This document shows positions 43,563 through 56,884 of a stretch of 64,000 nt of DNA, piece after piece; within the stretch, counting starts at the first letter, position 1, and every line of letters begins with the position of its first letter. Position numbers and translations under genes: made by a program. Source of the DNA: Octopus bimaculoides (taxonomy: Eukaryota); NCBI RefSeq assembly GCF_001194135.2, contig NC_068992.1, forward strand, positions 67,106,101-67,170,100. Direction: 5' to 3'. The notes below the pieces were generated by a model, which saw only the letters and a list, made by a program, of their open reading frames with translations, was not told where the DNA came from and did no database searches.

Positions 43563-44125
43563 TACAGAGTGCGGTGAATATATTGTCGTCTACATTACGC
43601 AAAAATGAAAATAACTCTGACATCTCATTTTAACAGATATATTTACCAAAATTACATAAAATTATCTTAAAATATTAAACAGTACATTTATTCAATAAAA
43701 TCACAATTCACTTCAGCCTCAGCCTCCAGACAACTTCAGAATCTGCTGCAAACCTTCTGGACGGTCTCCTTGTTTAAGTTGATGAATGCTGCCATAATCC
43801 TTGCCTTCAGTTCATCTTTGGTGTTACAAGGAGTTTTGTTGGTCTCTCACTCAACTGTATCCCACACATAATAATCAGTGGGGGTTGCAGTCTGGAGAGT
43901 TAGGTGGCTAGATTTTAGGGGTCATATGGTCTGACAGCCATGACTGGGCTCTCCTGCTTTTGTTGCATGGCGCAGAGTCCTGTTACCAGACATAGGGTCT
44001 TCCAGCAGCCACCCTTTTGACCCAGGGCAGCACTACCTCTTCCAGGCACTTGATGTAGGCCTCCGTGTCGGAAGATGAAAGAAAGGAAGGCATACCCTCG
44101 CCATCAGTAGTGATCACTCCATATC
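43563..44125 (-). mobile_element. Tc1/mariner superfamily, maT (DD37D-like) transposase 3' fragment with one terminal inverted repeat
   Basis: Minus strand reads GVITTDGEGMP...TEAYIKCLEEVVLPWVKRVAAGRPYVW*QDSAPC...WLS...I*PPNSPDCNP(fs)DYYVW...TKDELKARI...DFIE*. The catalytic motif ends in D rather than E. The terminus TA-CAGAGTGCGGTGAAT starts at 43563. Several stops, a frameshift and a small deletion are present. Confidence 0.9.
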
Positions 44126-44470
44126 TTGATTGAATTCTCTTTGCGCCAACATGTACTTCCTTGCGACAATGTATTCTTTAATCTAAGCAAAATATCCTTG
44201 GCCTGAAGAGCAGCCGGCGGTATATACCTCACGTGGATTTTACCACTTCTGAGGTTCTACATATGTAGCCCGGATTACCCATACTCCATTCCGTAACTCT
44301 TGTATATATATAATGGAGAAATTATTCAAAATGTATAAATAGATGATGAGTAAAGCACCGGCACTGTTTTGATTACCTGTTGTTATCCGTAGATTTACTG
44401 CAGGAACTTCGTTGTGGCGGTTGGGGTAACAGTATTAATAAAATAGATGGAAGGAGGAAAGATTTTATTG

Positions 44471-44514
44471 TGTACGACACACGTTTCGACCCGTTCTGGG
44501 CCTCTTCGGGTACA
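44471..44514 (-). ncRNA. Type-I hammerhead ribozyme-like motif with U4C core variant
   Basis: The minus strand reads TGTAC-CCGAAGA-GGCCC(AGAAC)GGGTC-GAAA-CGTGTGT-C-GTACA. Stem I is a perfect 5 bp, stem II is 5 bp, stem III is short, the cleavage triplet is GUC, and AATAAA follows. Confidence 0.6.
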
Positions 44515-44667
44515 TCAATAAACATTTTACGAGGAATTTTTTGATTCGGTCTTACGTACCGCTTTATATCTATCAACTTCGAGAATATGCAAAAAAAAAA
44601 CAAAAAACAAAAAATGTAGCGGTACGTAAAACCGAATCAAAAAATCTCTCGTAAAACTTTTTATTGA

Positions 44668-44711
44668 TGTATCCGAAGAGACCCAGAACGGATCGAAACA
44701 TGTGTCGTACC
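44668..44711 (+). ncRNA. Second, inverted copy of the U4C hammerhead-like motif
   Basis: TGTAT-CCGAAGA-GACCC(AGAAC)GGATC-GAAA-CATGTGT-C-GTACC, followed by AATAAA at 44713. There is one mismatch each in stems I and II. Confidence 0.5.
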
Positions 44712-45132
44712 CAATAAAATCTTTCCTNNNNNNNNNNNNNNNNNNNNNNNNNNNNNNNNNNNNNNNNNNNNNNNNNNNNNNNNNNNNNNNNNNNNNNNNN
44801 NNNNNNNNNNNNNNNNNNNNNNNNNNNNNNNNNNNNNNNNNNNNNNNNNNNNNNNNNNNNNNNNNNNNNNNNNNNNNNNNNNNATATATATAGTTTTAGG
44901 GAAAATAACCAATTATCAAGAACTCATCGATGAAAATCCACTATAAGGCTCAATTTAATTTTAATTTTTTATAAATTGATTTTAATTGAGTTTTTTGCCT
45001 GTAATTTTGGATTTTGTCCCTAATATTATTATATATACATATATATATATATGGTCGTTAGACCAGAACGAGGGTAAAATAACGAACGCTGGAGAAATAT
45101 TATATATTATATATATTATACTCATGCACACA

Positions 45133-45197
45133 CGTTTACCTGTATGTATACCTGTACGTTTACCTGTATGTATACCTGTACGTTTACCTGTATGTAT
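45133..45197. repeat. 24-bp minisatellite, about 2.7 copies
   Basis: The unit CGTTTACCTGTATGTATACCTGTA is repeated exactly. Confidence 0.9.
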
Positions 45198-45926
45198 GAA
45201 TATGAGCATTTGTGTATTTATGTTACATTCTATTTGCATAATCATCATAGATATTTATCATTTACAAGTTAAATCTCACCATCTGCCATCTTTCCTACCA
45301 TTTGTAACAGTGCCTATTATTTAAATTGATATCTTCATTTCCCATCGGCCCCGGGTTGTTTAACTGACTACACTATACATCTATTCTATTATTAAAGAAT
45401 AACCTCATCTTTCAGTCGAATGATATGGAAGTAAATTGTGATATTGTAAATGAGTAATAATACCACCTGCAGTATTGCCTTTTAAACTTTTGATTACAAG
45501 TTACAGCACCCTAGTACTAAATCTGTGGACCCCAATTTCCCAACCACCGGATTATAGCTGAAAAGTGATTATCTCATCGTTTAAAATTCAATCTTTGCAT
45601 TGATATAGAGAAACTTGAGTAATTTACCGCAGATTGCAGAACAATGACCTGTAATTATAGCATTGAAAATGCGATATCCTTGAAGAGCGATTGGGATTAT
45701 GCATCTCATAATATTGCCATTCTGTTGCAATTTTCGCAACTTATAACTTATAATCGTAATTTATGATGGAGTATAAAATGATTATCAAGATTTATCTAAG
45801 CATTGTATGCTATGATTAACGTATATATTATATGAGTAATTATCGTGTTGAATTTCATACTAATAATTGACCAAGAAATTAACATGAACGTGAAAATTAT
45901 TTTTACCTTATCTTAATTCATTACAG

Positions 45927-46025
45927 ATGATCGAAATGATAAGAAACTTGCAAGATTCATTCAGTGAAATTCTTAAGGAACTGGAGTGGATGGATACAGA
46001 CACACGGAAAGTTGCGCGAGAAAAG
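45927..46025 (+). CDS. Internal exon of an M13-family (neprilysin/ECE/PHEX-like) zinc metallopeptidase
   Basis: Acceptor ttcattacag| and donor |gtacga. The 99-nt phase 0-0 exon encodes MIEMIRNLQDSFSEILKELEWMDTDTRKVAREK, matching the M13 motif (F...L.EL.WMD..T+..A.EK) and the 33-aa length of the human neprilysin segment VEDLIAQ...WMDAETKKRAEEK as I recall it. Confidence 0.92.
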
Positions 46026-46196
46026 GTACGAAACACTTTACTGAAATTTATTTAGGGAATAATTCACACAAACACACACACGTACATATCTATGGATACA
46101 TATAAGTGCGTATGCGGTTGTGTTCTTGTGCATGTGAGCGTGTGTGTGTGTTTGTGTGTGTCTGTCTATTTGTGTGTCTGTGTGTGTAAGTGTTTC

Positions 46197-46355
46197 TAGA
46201 GGCATGCTTAGCTACACATTCAAGAACTTAACAACCATGTGGTCACAGATCCGATCCGATGCCACTGATCAGCCTATCTGCATAAGCGCTTTAACCATAA
46301 CATTGTGTCAAGGTAAACCTTGTGAAATTTCGTAGATGCAAACATTGGAAGCCTA
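46197..46355 (+). mobile_element. Very degenerate SINE family C-like copy
   Basis: Weak residual AACCATGTGGT...CCTTGTGAAATTT.GTAGATG.AAAC...GAAGCC similarity to family C. Confidence 0.35.
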
Positions 46356-46566
46356 TCTCATTGCCTGTATTATAATATACATAGCTTGTTACAATGATTC
46401 GACTTTAGAATTATGTTTAGTGAACACGTGACCTTGGAATACACAGCCACTAATTTTACGAGGAGATTTCTCGGTTGATCAAACTCCTGGAGCCTCATAC
46501 GTTAAAGTCAACGAGAGAATCCATCACACAAACGTACGCATATGCACGCGCACGCACACACACACA

Positions 46567-46610
<44 letters not shown>

Positions 46611-46628
46611 ATTATTCCATGTGTATAA

Positions 46629-46845
46629 AAGGTGGCGAGGTGGCAGAAAAGTTAGCACGCCTGGCGAAATGCTTAGCGGTATTTTGTCTGTTGTTACGTT
46701 CTGAGTTCAAATTCCGCCGAGGTCGACTTTGCCTTTGATCCTTTCGAGGTCAATAAAATTAGTACCAGTTACGCACTGGGGTCGATGTAATCAACTTAAT
46801 CCCTTCCCCCAAAAGACTGCTGTCCTTGTGGCAAAATTTGAAACC
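46629..46845 (+). mobile_element. tRNA-derived SINE, family B
   Basis: GGCGAGGTGGCAGAA...GAGTTCAAATTCCGCCGAGGTCGACTTTGCCTTT...AGTACCAGTT...GGGGTCGATGTAATC. The same core recurs at 20205, 31153, 31323, 41511 and 56581. Confidence 0.88.
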
Positions 46846-47075
46846 ATTATTATATGTGTATTTAACTTTTGTGTGTATATATAGATATACATGTATATAT
46901 GTAAGTATGCGCGTGCATATGTGCTTGTATGTGCGTGTGTATAAATCGAGTCATCCTCACAAGCGTGTATGACCCTCTAGTATACTTTTGCAATTGTCTC
47001 AGGGCTCTTTGTCGTTTTAAGCAACCGTTATGAGCCTCCCCCTCTCGACTAATTGGAACAGTCAGAGAGAGAGAA

Positions 47076-47163
<88 letters not shown>

Positions 47164-47241
47164 TGAGCAGTGATACCTTACAATGCTTGGCTGCTACTCA
47201 TATTTAGACAACTTAAACTGGAGTCACGTGATTTAAAAGCT

Positions 47242-47325
47242 TACTCAGGGACATAATGCATCAGGAATCGAACCGAAAGCTCCATGGTCGTTTGTGTAAG
47301 ACACTAACCACTAAGCCACGTGCCT
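47242..47325 (-). mobile_element. SINE family A head fragment
   Basis: The minus strand reads GGCACGTGGCTTAGTGGTTAGTG...GGTTCGATTCC (A and B boxes). It does not complete a tRNA cloverleaf. Confidence 0.65.
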
Positions 47326-50300
47326 TTATATGCTTTTATGTGTATAAGCGTGCAAGTTCGTGTAAGTGTCTGGGTACGCTTATGCACACAGATATACATA
47401 TATGTGTATATGTGCATGCATGTGTGCATATAGTTCACTTTGAAAGCGTCGTGAGTGATGAACACTTGATAATATTGCAGCGATTAGGGTGCATAATTGC
47501 ATACAGAGCAATGTGCAGTGGCTGCAATTGAAACACATGTTGGTCATTGTTATAGAAAGTTGAAAACGTTTTTAATAAAAAGTTTTAGATGTGAATAAAT
47601 CTCCACTCTCCTATTCGTTTTCAATTATGTGTGTGTGTGAGTGTGTTTGTGTGTATGTGTAAGTGTGTAGGATAATTTGTTGGCAATTCGAGTGCCTTGT
47701 ATTCGTTTGTGTATTACTATTAATCAAGCACCCTTTTAACACGATTAGACATTACATATTTTCCTCTACTGCAATCTCGACATTCTAATATATTCGCACA
47801 TCTGCTTGTAATAAAGAACCAACACAAATAGATGTTGATTATAGCACGTAGAAGCTTTCATATAAAATACATGTGTAAATGATGGCATCTAATATATATT
47901 TGTTAAAGCATCATCTTTTTAGTTTATTCTGATTGTGCTCAAAATTTCATATCAGAAAAGCTATCTTCATTGTGAATCCTGACGTTTTTTAAATTTTTTA
48001 TATCGTATACACTTAATCCTTTTTCATCTGAAACTAATAGTTACAAATCTCTTTAACTACAGCATACGATTTTGGTGAAGTGCTACTATGGTAACACTGT
48101 TTCAAAAGCTATGGTAACGATAGCAGATTAAATATGATTCAGAAGTAGATATTCTGATAGGTTCACAGTATTTAAACACAAATAAAACGAAAAATATCGC
48201 ACAGTTTCTTTGTTTCTTTGTTTCTTTGTTTCTTTGTTTCTTATATTCTATACAAATTCTTTTTATAAGCGTGTCTGATGCTGATCTATTGAAATTACCT
48301 AAAGTGACATCGTGACAAAATATGTTTCAAATAGCATTTCATTTCGTAAAATTACATTTCATTACCTCCTAATATGAAAAATGGATTGACACTTCGTAAC
48401 TTTAACAAATTTTCTTTTATTTTGACATCACCGTTAATAAATAGTAGCATTTAAAAAAACGATTTTGTTGTTGATATACTTTTGTTTGCTTTCTGCTAGT
48501 TTATTTGATTATTTTGAATTTTCAATTATTATTATCAGTCTTCCGTTATTAACAAAATATGATAATAATAATTAAATAAACTAAGCCGTATTAATTTACA
48601 ATGCTTTTACTTCTAGGAAGACAATATGTATTTACTACGGAGTGGTGGTGGTGGTGGTGGTGGTGGTGGTGGTGGGGAGATCTGTTTTAATAAAAGATTA
48701 CTGAGAAATATTCCTTCCTTGATGTTATCTCAGTTTGTACAAATATAGTTCATCATTCAAATGAGAAACAATTCATGACACAGTTTTATTAAAAATTCAG
48801 GTTTTGAATCTAAACTAAATGCTTCAATACATGCTTATAGTAAAATCTCAAATCAAAAAGTTCCCAGCACATTAATATTTTCACTGTCTCAGATCACTCT
48901 ATCAAAATATTAATTTAACTAATGTCAACATCTTCCACCGATGTTGTTCTCACAATTAGAGTTGTTTAGGAGTGTAGTATGTGAAACATGTTCTTGAACA
49001 ACTATGTATATGGCAGTCATGTATCTCACATAAAGACGAATGATACAATAAATTAAAATGCTTTAAATGAACACCTAAATTGCTTAACGAATCCACCAGA
49101 CAAGGAGCGTAGTTCTTTGTTAGTTGCCACCATAAACATAGCATGGAAACTATCTTAAAGTTATTTGCCTTTTTTATATGAGAAATGAATTATAAATTGT
49201 ACAGATATTTTGGAAACACTAATTTAATCTTAATATTTCACTTAATAGAGTGAGATACCTAAAAATAAAATATTTCATTTCACTTGCACATCACTACTTC
49301 TCTTGACTATGACATTGGCATTACATTCACTCGTTGGACAGGTGTGTACATTCCTAACGTTGTAATTGTTTAATTTATAAAGTAAGATAGTATTGTGATG
49401 TTTGTGTATGTAACTTTGTAAGAGGAGAGGTGTTCACGGTGAGCTACCTCTTAAGCCTGATTTCCATTCTCGGCCAGAATCATTATACACCTTTAGAACT
49501 CTTAGAACAGTCAGTCACACACATCAAATACACCACTTCTTCTCCAAATAATATAAAACATCATGTCTATGCTACAAAACCTTATTTAATGCATTTTTTA
49601 TGTTATTCTTCTGTGAGAGGATATGAAGTAATGGATTTAGAAAGAATAGTCAAAGTTACTATAGTCTGTTTGAGAAGCAGTATTGGGCATCGCTTTGAAG
49701 ATTAAAGAAAATGCTTTGTTTAAAATGAGCAGAGAGAAAAGGACAGAATGGAAGGAATATAATATATTTGGCATTTAACAAGTGTTCTTAGCTGCGTAAC
49801 TTACCACTTCACTCGCACGAAATTTTCCTGGTTTTAGATCAGAAAATACTTTTCTCTTGAACTGTATAAATTCCACTTGACGTGTGATGCAACCGTGACA
49901 TCGCTAACAAGACAGATAATTAATACAAGCAAAGAAACTGGCCACAAAACGCTGAATTCTGTGCATGGATATATATAAGCTTGGAACAAATGTAATTTTC
50001 TAGAGGATTCCAGAATGTTCTATCAATTTCTAAATAATGTCATGAATAATTGGCTTTCAAACTTATTAATCATCAAACAACTTCAGTAGAAATTGTCGTT
50101 GATTCTTTGAATGGCTAAATACAATAGTTTTACGTACTCGTTATGTATTCTTAAAGTTAAAAAGAAATTTGTTATACCAAAAAGCTGTTTGAGTAATTTT
50201 GTTTCCTTATATGGACAAGAATGTGGAAAAGAGTTATAAATCAATGAATATTTATTTGCCTACAAAAATATACCCTGGTCAGTGATTATTATTTAAAATA

Positions 50301-50685
50301 ATATTGACAGGGAGTATCAATTATAAGCATAATCTTCGTGTATTATGGCTATCTATAGTTTATATTATCTATAAGATTTGAACTCTAAACTGTGGTGGTG
50401 GTTGGGGTGGGGAATAGTGTTTCCACAATTCAAAACACTGCGCTGCAGGCAACAGGCAGTTGAATGCATTCATCTTACAGCTTGAACTAATACGTAATTG
50501 CCTGCTCAGTGGACACAGTGTAGCCACAGGTTAGAAAGTGAATCTCAGTTAAGCAGTTCAATATCAGATTGATTCCTCTGATAATTGGTATGTATGGCTA
50601 CTAATTTCATAAATATTTTTGGATTTCCTCTTCTGTGGCAAAATTTTGAATAGAAAATTTGCTTAATTGTGATTTGATTCCGAGT

Positions 50686-50955
50686 GAAAGCGCGTGGCTA
50701 AGTGGTTATGGTATTCGGTTCATGATAATAAGGTCATCAAATTGATTCCCTGAAGAACACACGTTTATTTAATGTTGCTCCAATCCACTCAGCTGGCAAA
50801 AGTGCATGTACCGGTAACCAATGGCCAGCCTTGTCACATTCGCTGATTCTCCCTGACAAATATGTTAAGGGCACATGCGTCTGTGTTCAGCCACTTGCAC
50901 GTTCATTTCACGAGCAGAACTGTTCTGTTGATTAAAGTCAACGGGAGCAACATAC
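50686..50955 (+). mobile_element. tRNA-derived SINE, family A (diverged)
   Basis: Head GCGCGTGGCTAAGTGGTTATGG; core TTCAGCCACTTGCACGTTCATTTCACGAGCAG. Confidence 0.8.
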
Positions 50956-50966
50956 TTAGAGACAGG

Positions 50967-51034
<68 letters not shown>

Positions 51035-52299
51035 ATAACAACCATCTGTGTCTTGTAGATGGAGTCAGATCGATTATAACTGACTCCATAATTTTCATGA
51101 ACTTACTTAAACTCAGTATACCAGGTCGTCGAAACACTCGCCAATATTATAAATGTCCTTCCGCTTACATTAGTGAGCAGAAGTAACATTGACGACGGTT
51201 TATTTTATCAGAACTATTCAGAGTGTAACATCTAGTTCATTAACATTCTACGCACTTTATAACAGGTATCTAGTAGGTTCTTCTGTGATTGTTTATATGT
51301 TCTATATAAAATCATCTTCACGCAAAACACAGTTTAAAAACCCGTAAAACGAAACTAGATAATAGCGAACATATAATATATCGCTTACTATTCTGCGTTA
51401 AAGAGCTACTTTCTTACACGTTCCAATTAATGTAAACGAACAGAACATATGCGAAATGTATTGCTATCAAAGAAATAGTAAGAAGGACTAAATTGGCTAC
51501 GTCTGCGACATGAACCCAATAAAATAACCTAGAAAACATGAACTTGTTTTATAGTAAATAAAATTCATCACCGAACACAAACGCAAATACAATATTGGAA
51601 GTACTGCAGCAGATACAAATATAATATTGACGTTAATACGTTATGTCATTTGCAAATCTTCCCAGGGGATTGTATTTTAACTGTTCTGAGACTGTTCGAA
51701 CGAACATACAGACAAAATGACGTCAATGCTAAACTATAAGATTGTTATTGCAAAACAACAATTATATCTATTCAGTCGCTGAGTAAATATTTATAAATAA
51801 TTTCACAAACAGATGTATATATATACACATGTATGTATGCATACACCCAAGTATGGATCCGTGTATGTATATACTGATGCGATAAAGATATCGTAATTTT
51901 GAAAATAGTATTTAGACATGATATTAACACGTACACACACACACATGTACGCATGCACACACATAGACACATATTATATATATACATATATACATATATT
52001 ATATATATAGCGTTTTTGGAAGTGTCGTCTAAGTTTGATTTGAAAAAAGGGAGACAGTCTGTGGTGTCTATGTGTGTGTGTGTATGTGTGCGTTAGTGTG
52101 CGTGTATGTAATTTTGTAAACCAGTGTGCTGAGTTGCATCATCGCTCCGTTTTAGCAGTGACTTATCCATTCCACAAATGCACTTCGATAAAATAAAACC
52201 AATATTGAAATAATTACAAAGATCGGTAGCATCGACACAAAATCCCTTGTAAAGTTTGTGAATGCATGTGTGCGTGTGTGTGTGTGTGTGTGTCTGTGT

Positions 52300-52353
<54 letters not shown>

Positions 52354-52548
52354 NNNNNNNNNNNNNNNNNNNNNNNNNNNNNNNNNNNNNNNNNNNNNNN
52401 NNNNNNNNNNNNNNNNNNNNNNNNNNNNNNNNNNNNNNNNNNNNNNNNNNNNNNNNNNNNNNNNNNNNNNNNNNNNNNNNNNNNNNNNNNNNNNNNNNNN
52501 NNNNNNNNNNNNNNNNNNNNNNNNNNNNNNNNNNNNNNNNNNNNNNNN

Positions 52549-52597
<49 letters not shown>

Positions 52598-52669
52598 TGC
52601 GTGCGCGTGTGTGCACTGAGTGGCGATGGAGATATATGTTGATGAAATATTTCCGAATTTTATTTTCAG

Positions 52670-52747
52670 GCAGAGAGTATGCGCGAGATGATTGGTTACC
52701 CAGACAAAATCTTGAATGACACGGAACTAGATCGTCAATATAAACAG
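52670..52747 (+). CDS. Next exon of the same M13-family metallopeptidase
   Basis: Acceptor tattttcag| and donor |gtaagg. The 78-nt phase 0-0 exon encodes AESMREMIGYPDKILNDTELDRQYKQ, with the IGYP motif that directly follows WMD...EK in M13 peptidases. It is in frame with the previous exon across a 6644-bp GT-AG intron. Confidence 0.92.
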
Positions 52748-54114
52748 GTAAGGAAATTGCTTTCTTAAAAACTGAAACGTCTACAATCTCCTCGCGGTGA
52801 AATGTTAACATTATTTTTAATTGTTTTTTTTTTGCCGAAATTACTTAAATATTGCTATCTCTTATAAAATGTTATGTTGTGAAAATTTGGAAGAAAATAT
52901 GAGGTTACAAGATAACGCATAATATATTTTGTGCCGTATTTTAGAAGATTTACTACTTTTATAAGCAACGTTTATTGTTTCCATGGTTAATTAATGATAC
53001 CAAATATTTAACTATTCATTAAAGGAGGAGGTAGTGAAATTATTCTATAGTTCCTCTGTTTTGATAAACACTAAAATCACAGGTGCAAAGTACTGCCGTT
53101 TTCCACCTCTTACACTTTCCAGGTGTTTTATGTATAAGCTTATCTCTCGAGAACTATTTAGGATATCTAGATAAATAGTCATGAAGGATTAAAACTAATT
53201 TGGGATTGTTTTAAAGAACAAAATATCCACTAAATTTTTGAGAGGTTGCAAAAGAACAATCATATTTATTAATAAAAATAGCTGACTCTAATTTTCGGAT
53301 CATTCCATAAATATGTAAATCACGTTGTTGTGAATTCGCACAGAGATGCGATAGCAAGAATACATGATAGAACAGAAATGCAGTCGTATGTATTCATATG
53401 TTTTATAAGAGAATTGGAGATGTAAGAAAAATAAATGGATTCAACAAGGAATGCAAATTTACTTGTATAAATGGCCTCTCCACAGCTTATTACACGTATG
53501 GCTTTAGTAATCATTAAAATAGTATTTCAGGAACATGGTGCAGAAAATGTGTGTCCTTTATAGAAATCCAGCCTATAAGGAAATTGAAATCGTAAAACTG
53601 GTCGATTGGAAAATTGATTACACTGGAAAAAAATCCCACTTTAATGTAAAAAATGATGCAGCAGGAAGAAAAAAGATATTTCCTCTCGATATCTCTTTAA
53701 TAGGAGATCACCATTTCTATGATATAGACATTATTGGCAAATCTATTCTGAAGAATATTTCTTTAAAGAAATGAGCATTAAGAACATGGGCTCTATGTAA
53801 ATCATATCTCTGTAAATACTTTTTCTTTAAAAATTCCTTTTATATCTACTACATTTTTTTTCTTTTTTTTTTGTTAAACTATCATTAAAGAAAATGTCTT
53901 AAAGATTCTACAGAGAAAATGCGAGAACGTATTACAATGTAAATACGTTGATGTTTTATGAAATATTCTTAAACAGAAATGCTGATCGATAGATGGTGTC
54001 ATCAAAATGGAAAAAGTTAAAGACAAAGCTATAAATTTTCTTAAAAAACATGCAACATTATTTAGCATACTGAGTTAAACATGTTACTATATACAAGTTC
54101 ATACAACTGCTTAG

Positions 54115-54170
<56 letters not shown>

Positions 54171-54210
54171 AGTAACTTTCTTCGTTCCTGTTTAACACGT
54201 TCTTACCATC

Positions 54211-54246
<36 letters not shown>

Positions 54247-54892
54247 TTGCAATTACCTAATTTTGTAGTAGAGAAATCGGCTTACAAACTCTTATGTTGA
54301 AAATAATTCCTAAGTAAATTAGCAGTATTTGTTTATTTATTTATAATCCTGTGATTCTCTTATTTTCTGGAAATCATTCCAGCACTTTCCCCTTCCATAT
54401 AATTATTTTCTTTATTCACTTTTGTACTTCTACGATTTCTAAATACACGAAGCTAAAGAAAATATATCAGAAACAAATAGAAAAAAAAAAGACAACAGAC
54501 GAATCAAATAAATGCAAGTTGTTCTGATGCGAATTAAATCTTGAAAAGTTTAGATCCAACCTGTTGGCTACAATGCTTTGATTAGTTATATGCAGTTTGA
54601 GAGCAAATGATTTGGACACTTATTGTTTGGAAGGAGAGAATTGCAAAGGTCTTCATATTGCAACCGCACGAAGCAGCCATGTTCGCATTTATACAGATAA
54701 AATAATATGTTACGTTCGGTGTAGCTGCCATATTTCATTATGTGGTTTGTTTCCTAATTTAAGCATTAAAAAAGGCATAGTTTCTTTCAACTAAACACTG
54801 TGGCAGCAGTAAGGTTCACCATTTTAAGGCTAAGTTTAAGAAAGTCCACATATAAAGCGACAACATCGCCATCGGAAAAAACATATTTGTGC

Positions 54893-54970
<78 letters not shown>

Positions 54971-55151
54971 TAGATATACCCTACTAATCTATGAGTATTG
55001 CAAAAGTCGGCATTCCTTGGAACTGCACGCATATTAGGTAAAGAACTGTCTGTCTAAGATCCCTGTTGCGACTTTTGAAATAGTACAAACCCACGGTAGA
55101 CACAGTATCTTCAATCAGCATACTCGCGATATTGTATACTGTGCCACATCT

Positions 55152-55156
<5 letters not shown>

Positions 55157-55246
<90 letters not shown>

Positions 55247-55320
55247 AAGAAGAATGTTGATGACAACAACAGCAGTAACAACAACAACAACAACAATGAT
55301 AGCAGCAACAACAGTAAAAA
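55157..55320. repeat. Compound (AAT)n(AAG)n(AAC/AGC)n microsatellite
   Basis: Seen directly. Confidence 0.9.
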
Positions 55321-55666
55321 CAATACTGCTAGCTTAAAAATTAGTTTCTATTTTTCGTTTAAGCGACTGGAGCCATATTCGCTCTTAAATATCATCGACA
55401 GAACTACCACAAGATGCGTGGTTTGGATTTTGTTAGCATACATTATTTTCTCAAATTGTCTCATAGCATCTTGGAGCTTTTTACGTTAAATACCATACAC
55501 ACACACACTCACACACACAGACACAGACACACTAAAACGCACGTACACACACATACACACATACACACAGATACACACACACACACATATATATATATAT
55601 ACCTATGTTTAATCCCTGCATATGTGTGTGTAAATATATATATACACTTATATATAATCCCTGCAT

Positions 55667-55713
<47 letters not shown>

Positions 55714-56220
55714 CCGGATTATTTATTTATTAATGTATGTATTTACTGATCTGTTCTTTGCCTTTAAAGACAGGCACGAACATTTTCCATTAAGGAGGGT
55801 CAAACTATCATATATAAATGAGATTCATAAGAAAAAAAAAAAGATTAGCAAAAAATATCCTATTGATGTCAACCTAAGTGAAGCTACTACAGTCACGATA
55901 GAATCTCACTTAAAGGTCGACATTTGACCAAAAGACGTAACTGAATAGTAAAGTTACTTTCTGCTCTTATTCTTTATATTTCTCTATTTAAAATTTTTCT
56001 TAATTGTTTAATATTTTTTCGTTTTTTCTTGATACTACGCCACAGGCTCTTCCTCAATAACAATCGCATTTTCTCTTTCCTTGGTCATATTCGAACATTA
56101 CCTTTATGCTTATTCTTTGGAAATGCGAAGGCGAAAGAAATGTTTCTTGTTAAGAAACAACGTAAGAAATAGAGAGATTTTGAACAATTGAAAATATTTT
56201 TGAAAATTTTATTTTGCACA

Positions 56221-56367
56221 GGGGTAGCCATGGTTGTGTGGTTAAAAAGTTTGCGTCGCAATCACGAGGTTTTGGGTTCAGTTCCACTGTGCGGCTCCTT
56301 CGGCAAGAATTTTTTCTACTATGACACTCGACTGAAAGACGGAAACTGTGGAGAAGCCCTTCGTATG
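56221..56367 (+). mobile_element. tRNA-derived SINE, family C
   Basis: GGTTGTGTGGTTAAAAAGTTTGC...GGGTTCAGTTCCACTG...GACGGAAACTGTGGAGAAGCCC. Confidence 0.8.
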
Positions 56368-56580
56368 CGTTTTCAAGCTTATATTTCTATCGGTTTCTCC
56401 CACCGTTTCACAACCTCTTGGTTTGTTTAGAATTCCATAATGTAGAAAAAGAGAATAATAAAGTAATTTACAAATATTTTTAGACGATAAATACTAGGGC
56501 TGATTTGATCGACTACATATATATATAAAGTGCTTCAGTATGGCCGCATTTCAATGATTGAAATAAATGAAAGAAAAGAT

Positions 56581-56654
56581 CACTGGGGTCGATCTAATCG
56601 ACAACCCCGTCACCCAAAATTTCAGGCCGTGTGCCTTTAGCTTTAGTAGAAAGG

Positions 56655-56655
<1 letters not shown>
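56581..56655 (+). mobile_element. SINE family B 3' fragment
   Basis: CACTGGGGTCGATCTAATCGAC...AATTTCAGGC...TAGTAGAAAGGA, matching the tail of the 41511 copy. Confidence 0.7.
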
Positions 56656-56689
<34 letters not shown>

Positions 56690-56884
56690 NNNNNNNNNNN
56701 NNNNNNNNNNNNNNNNNNNNNNNNNNNNNNNNNNNNNNNNNNNNNNNNNNNNNNNNNNNNNNNNNNNNNNNNNNNNNNNNNNNNNNNTATATATAGTTGA
56801 GATTTGTAGGAAAACAAAAGGCAAAGACAGGTGTGTGAACAACAAGCCGGTGTATTAGTCTAACGGTCGGAAATATGAAACAGT

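Larger units (their letters stand above)
44455..44727. repeat. Long inverted repeat (arms 44455-44563 and 44618-44727, 54-bp spacer)
   Basis: The arms are reverse complements with about 9 substitutions and 1 indel in ~110 bp by manual alignment. The right arm runs into an N gap. Confidence 0.95.

Noticed and set aside
3300-47325. tRNA genes at the A/B-box-containing segments (3300-3358, 37105-37184, 47260-47325)
   Set aside because: They continue into SINE body sequence and do not form complete cloverleaves.
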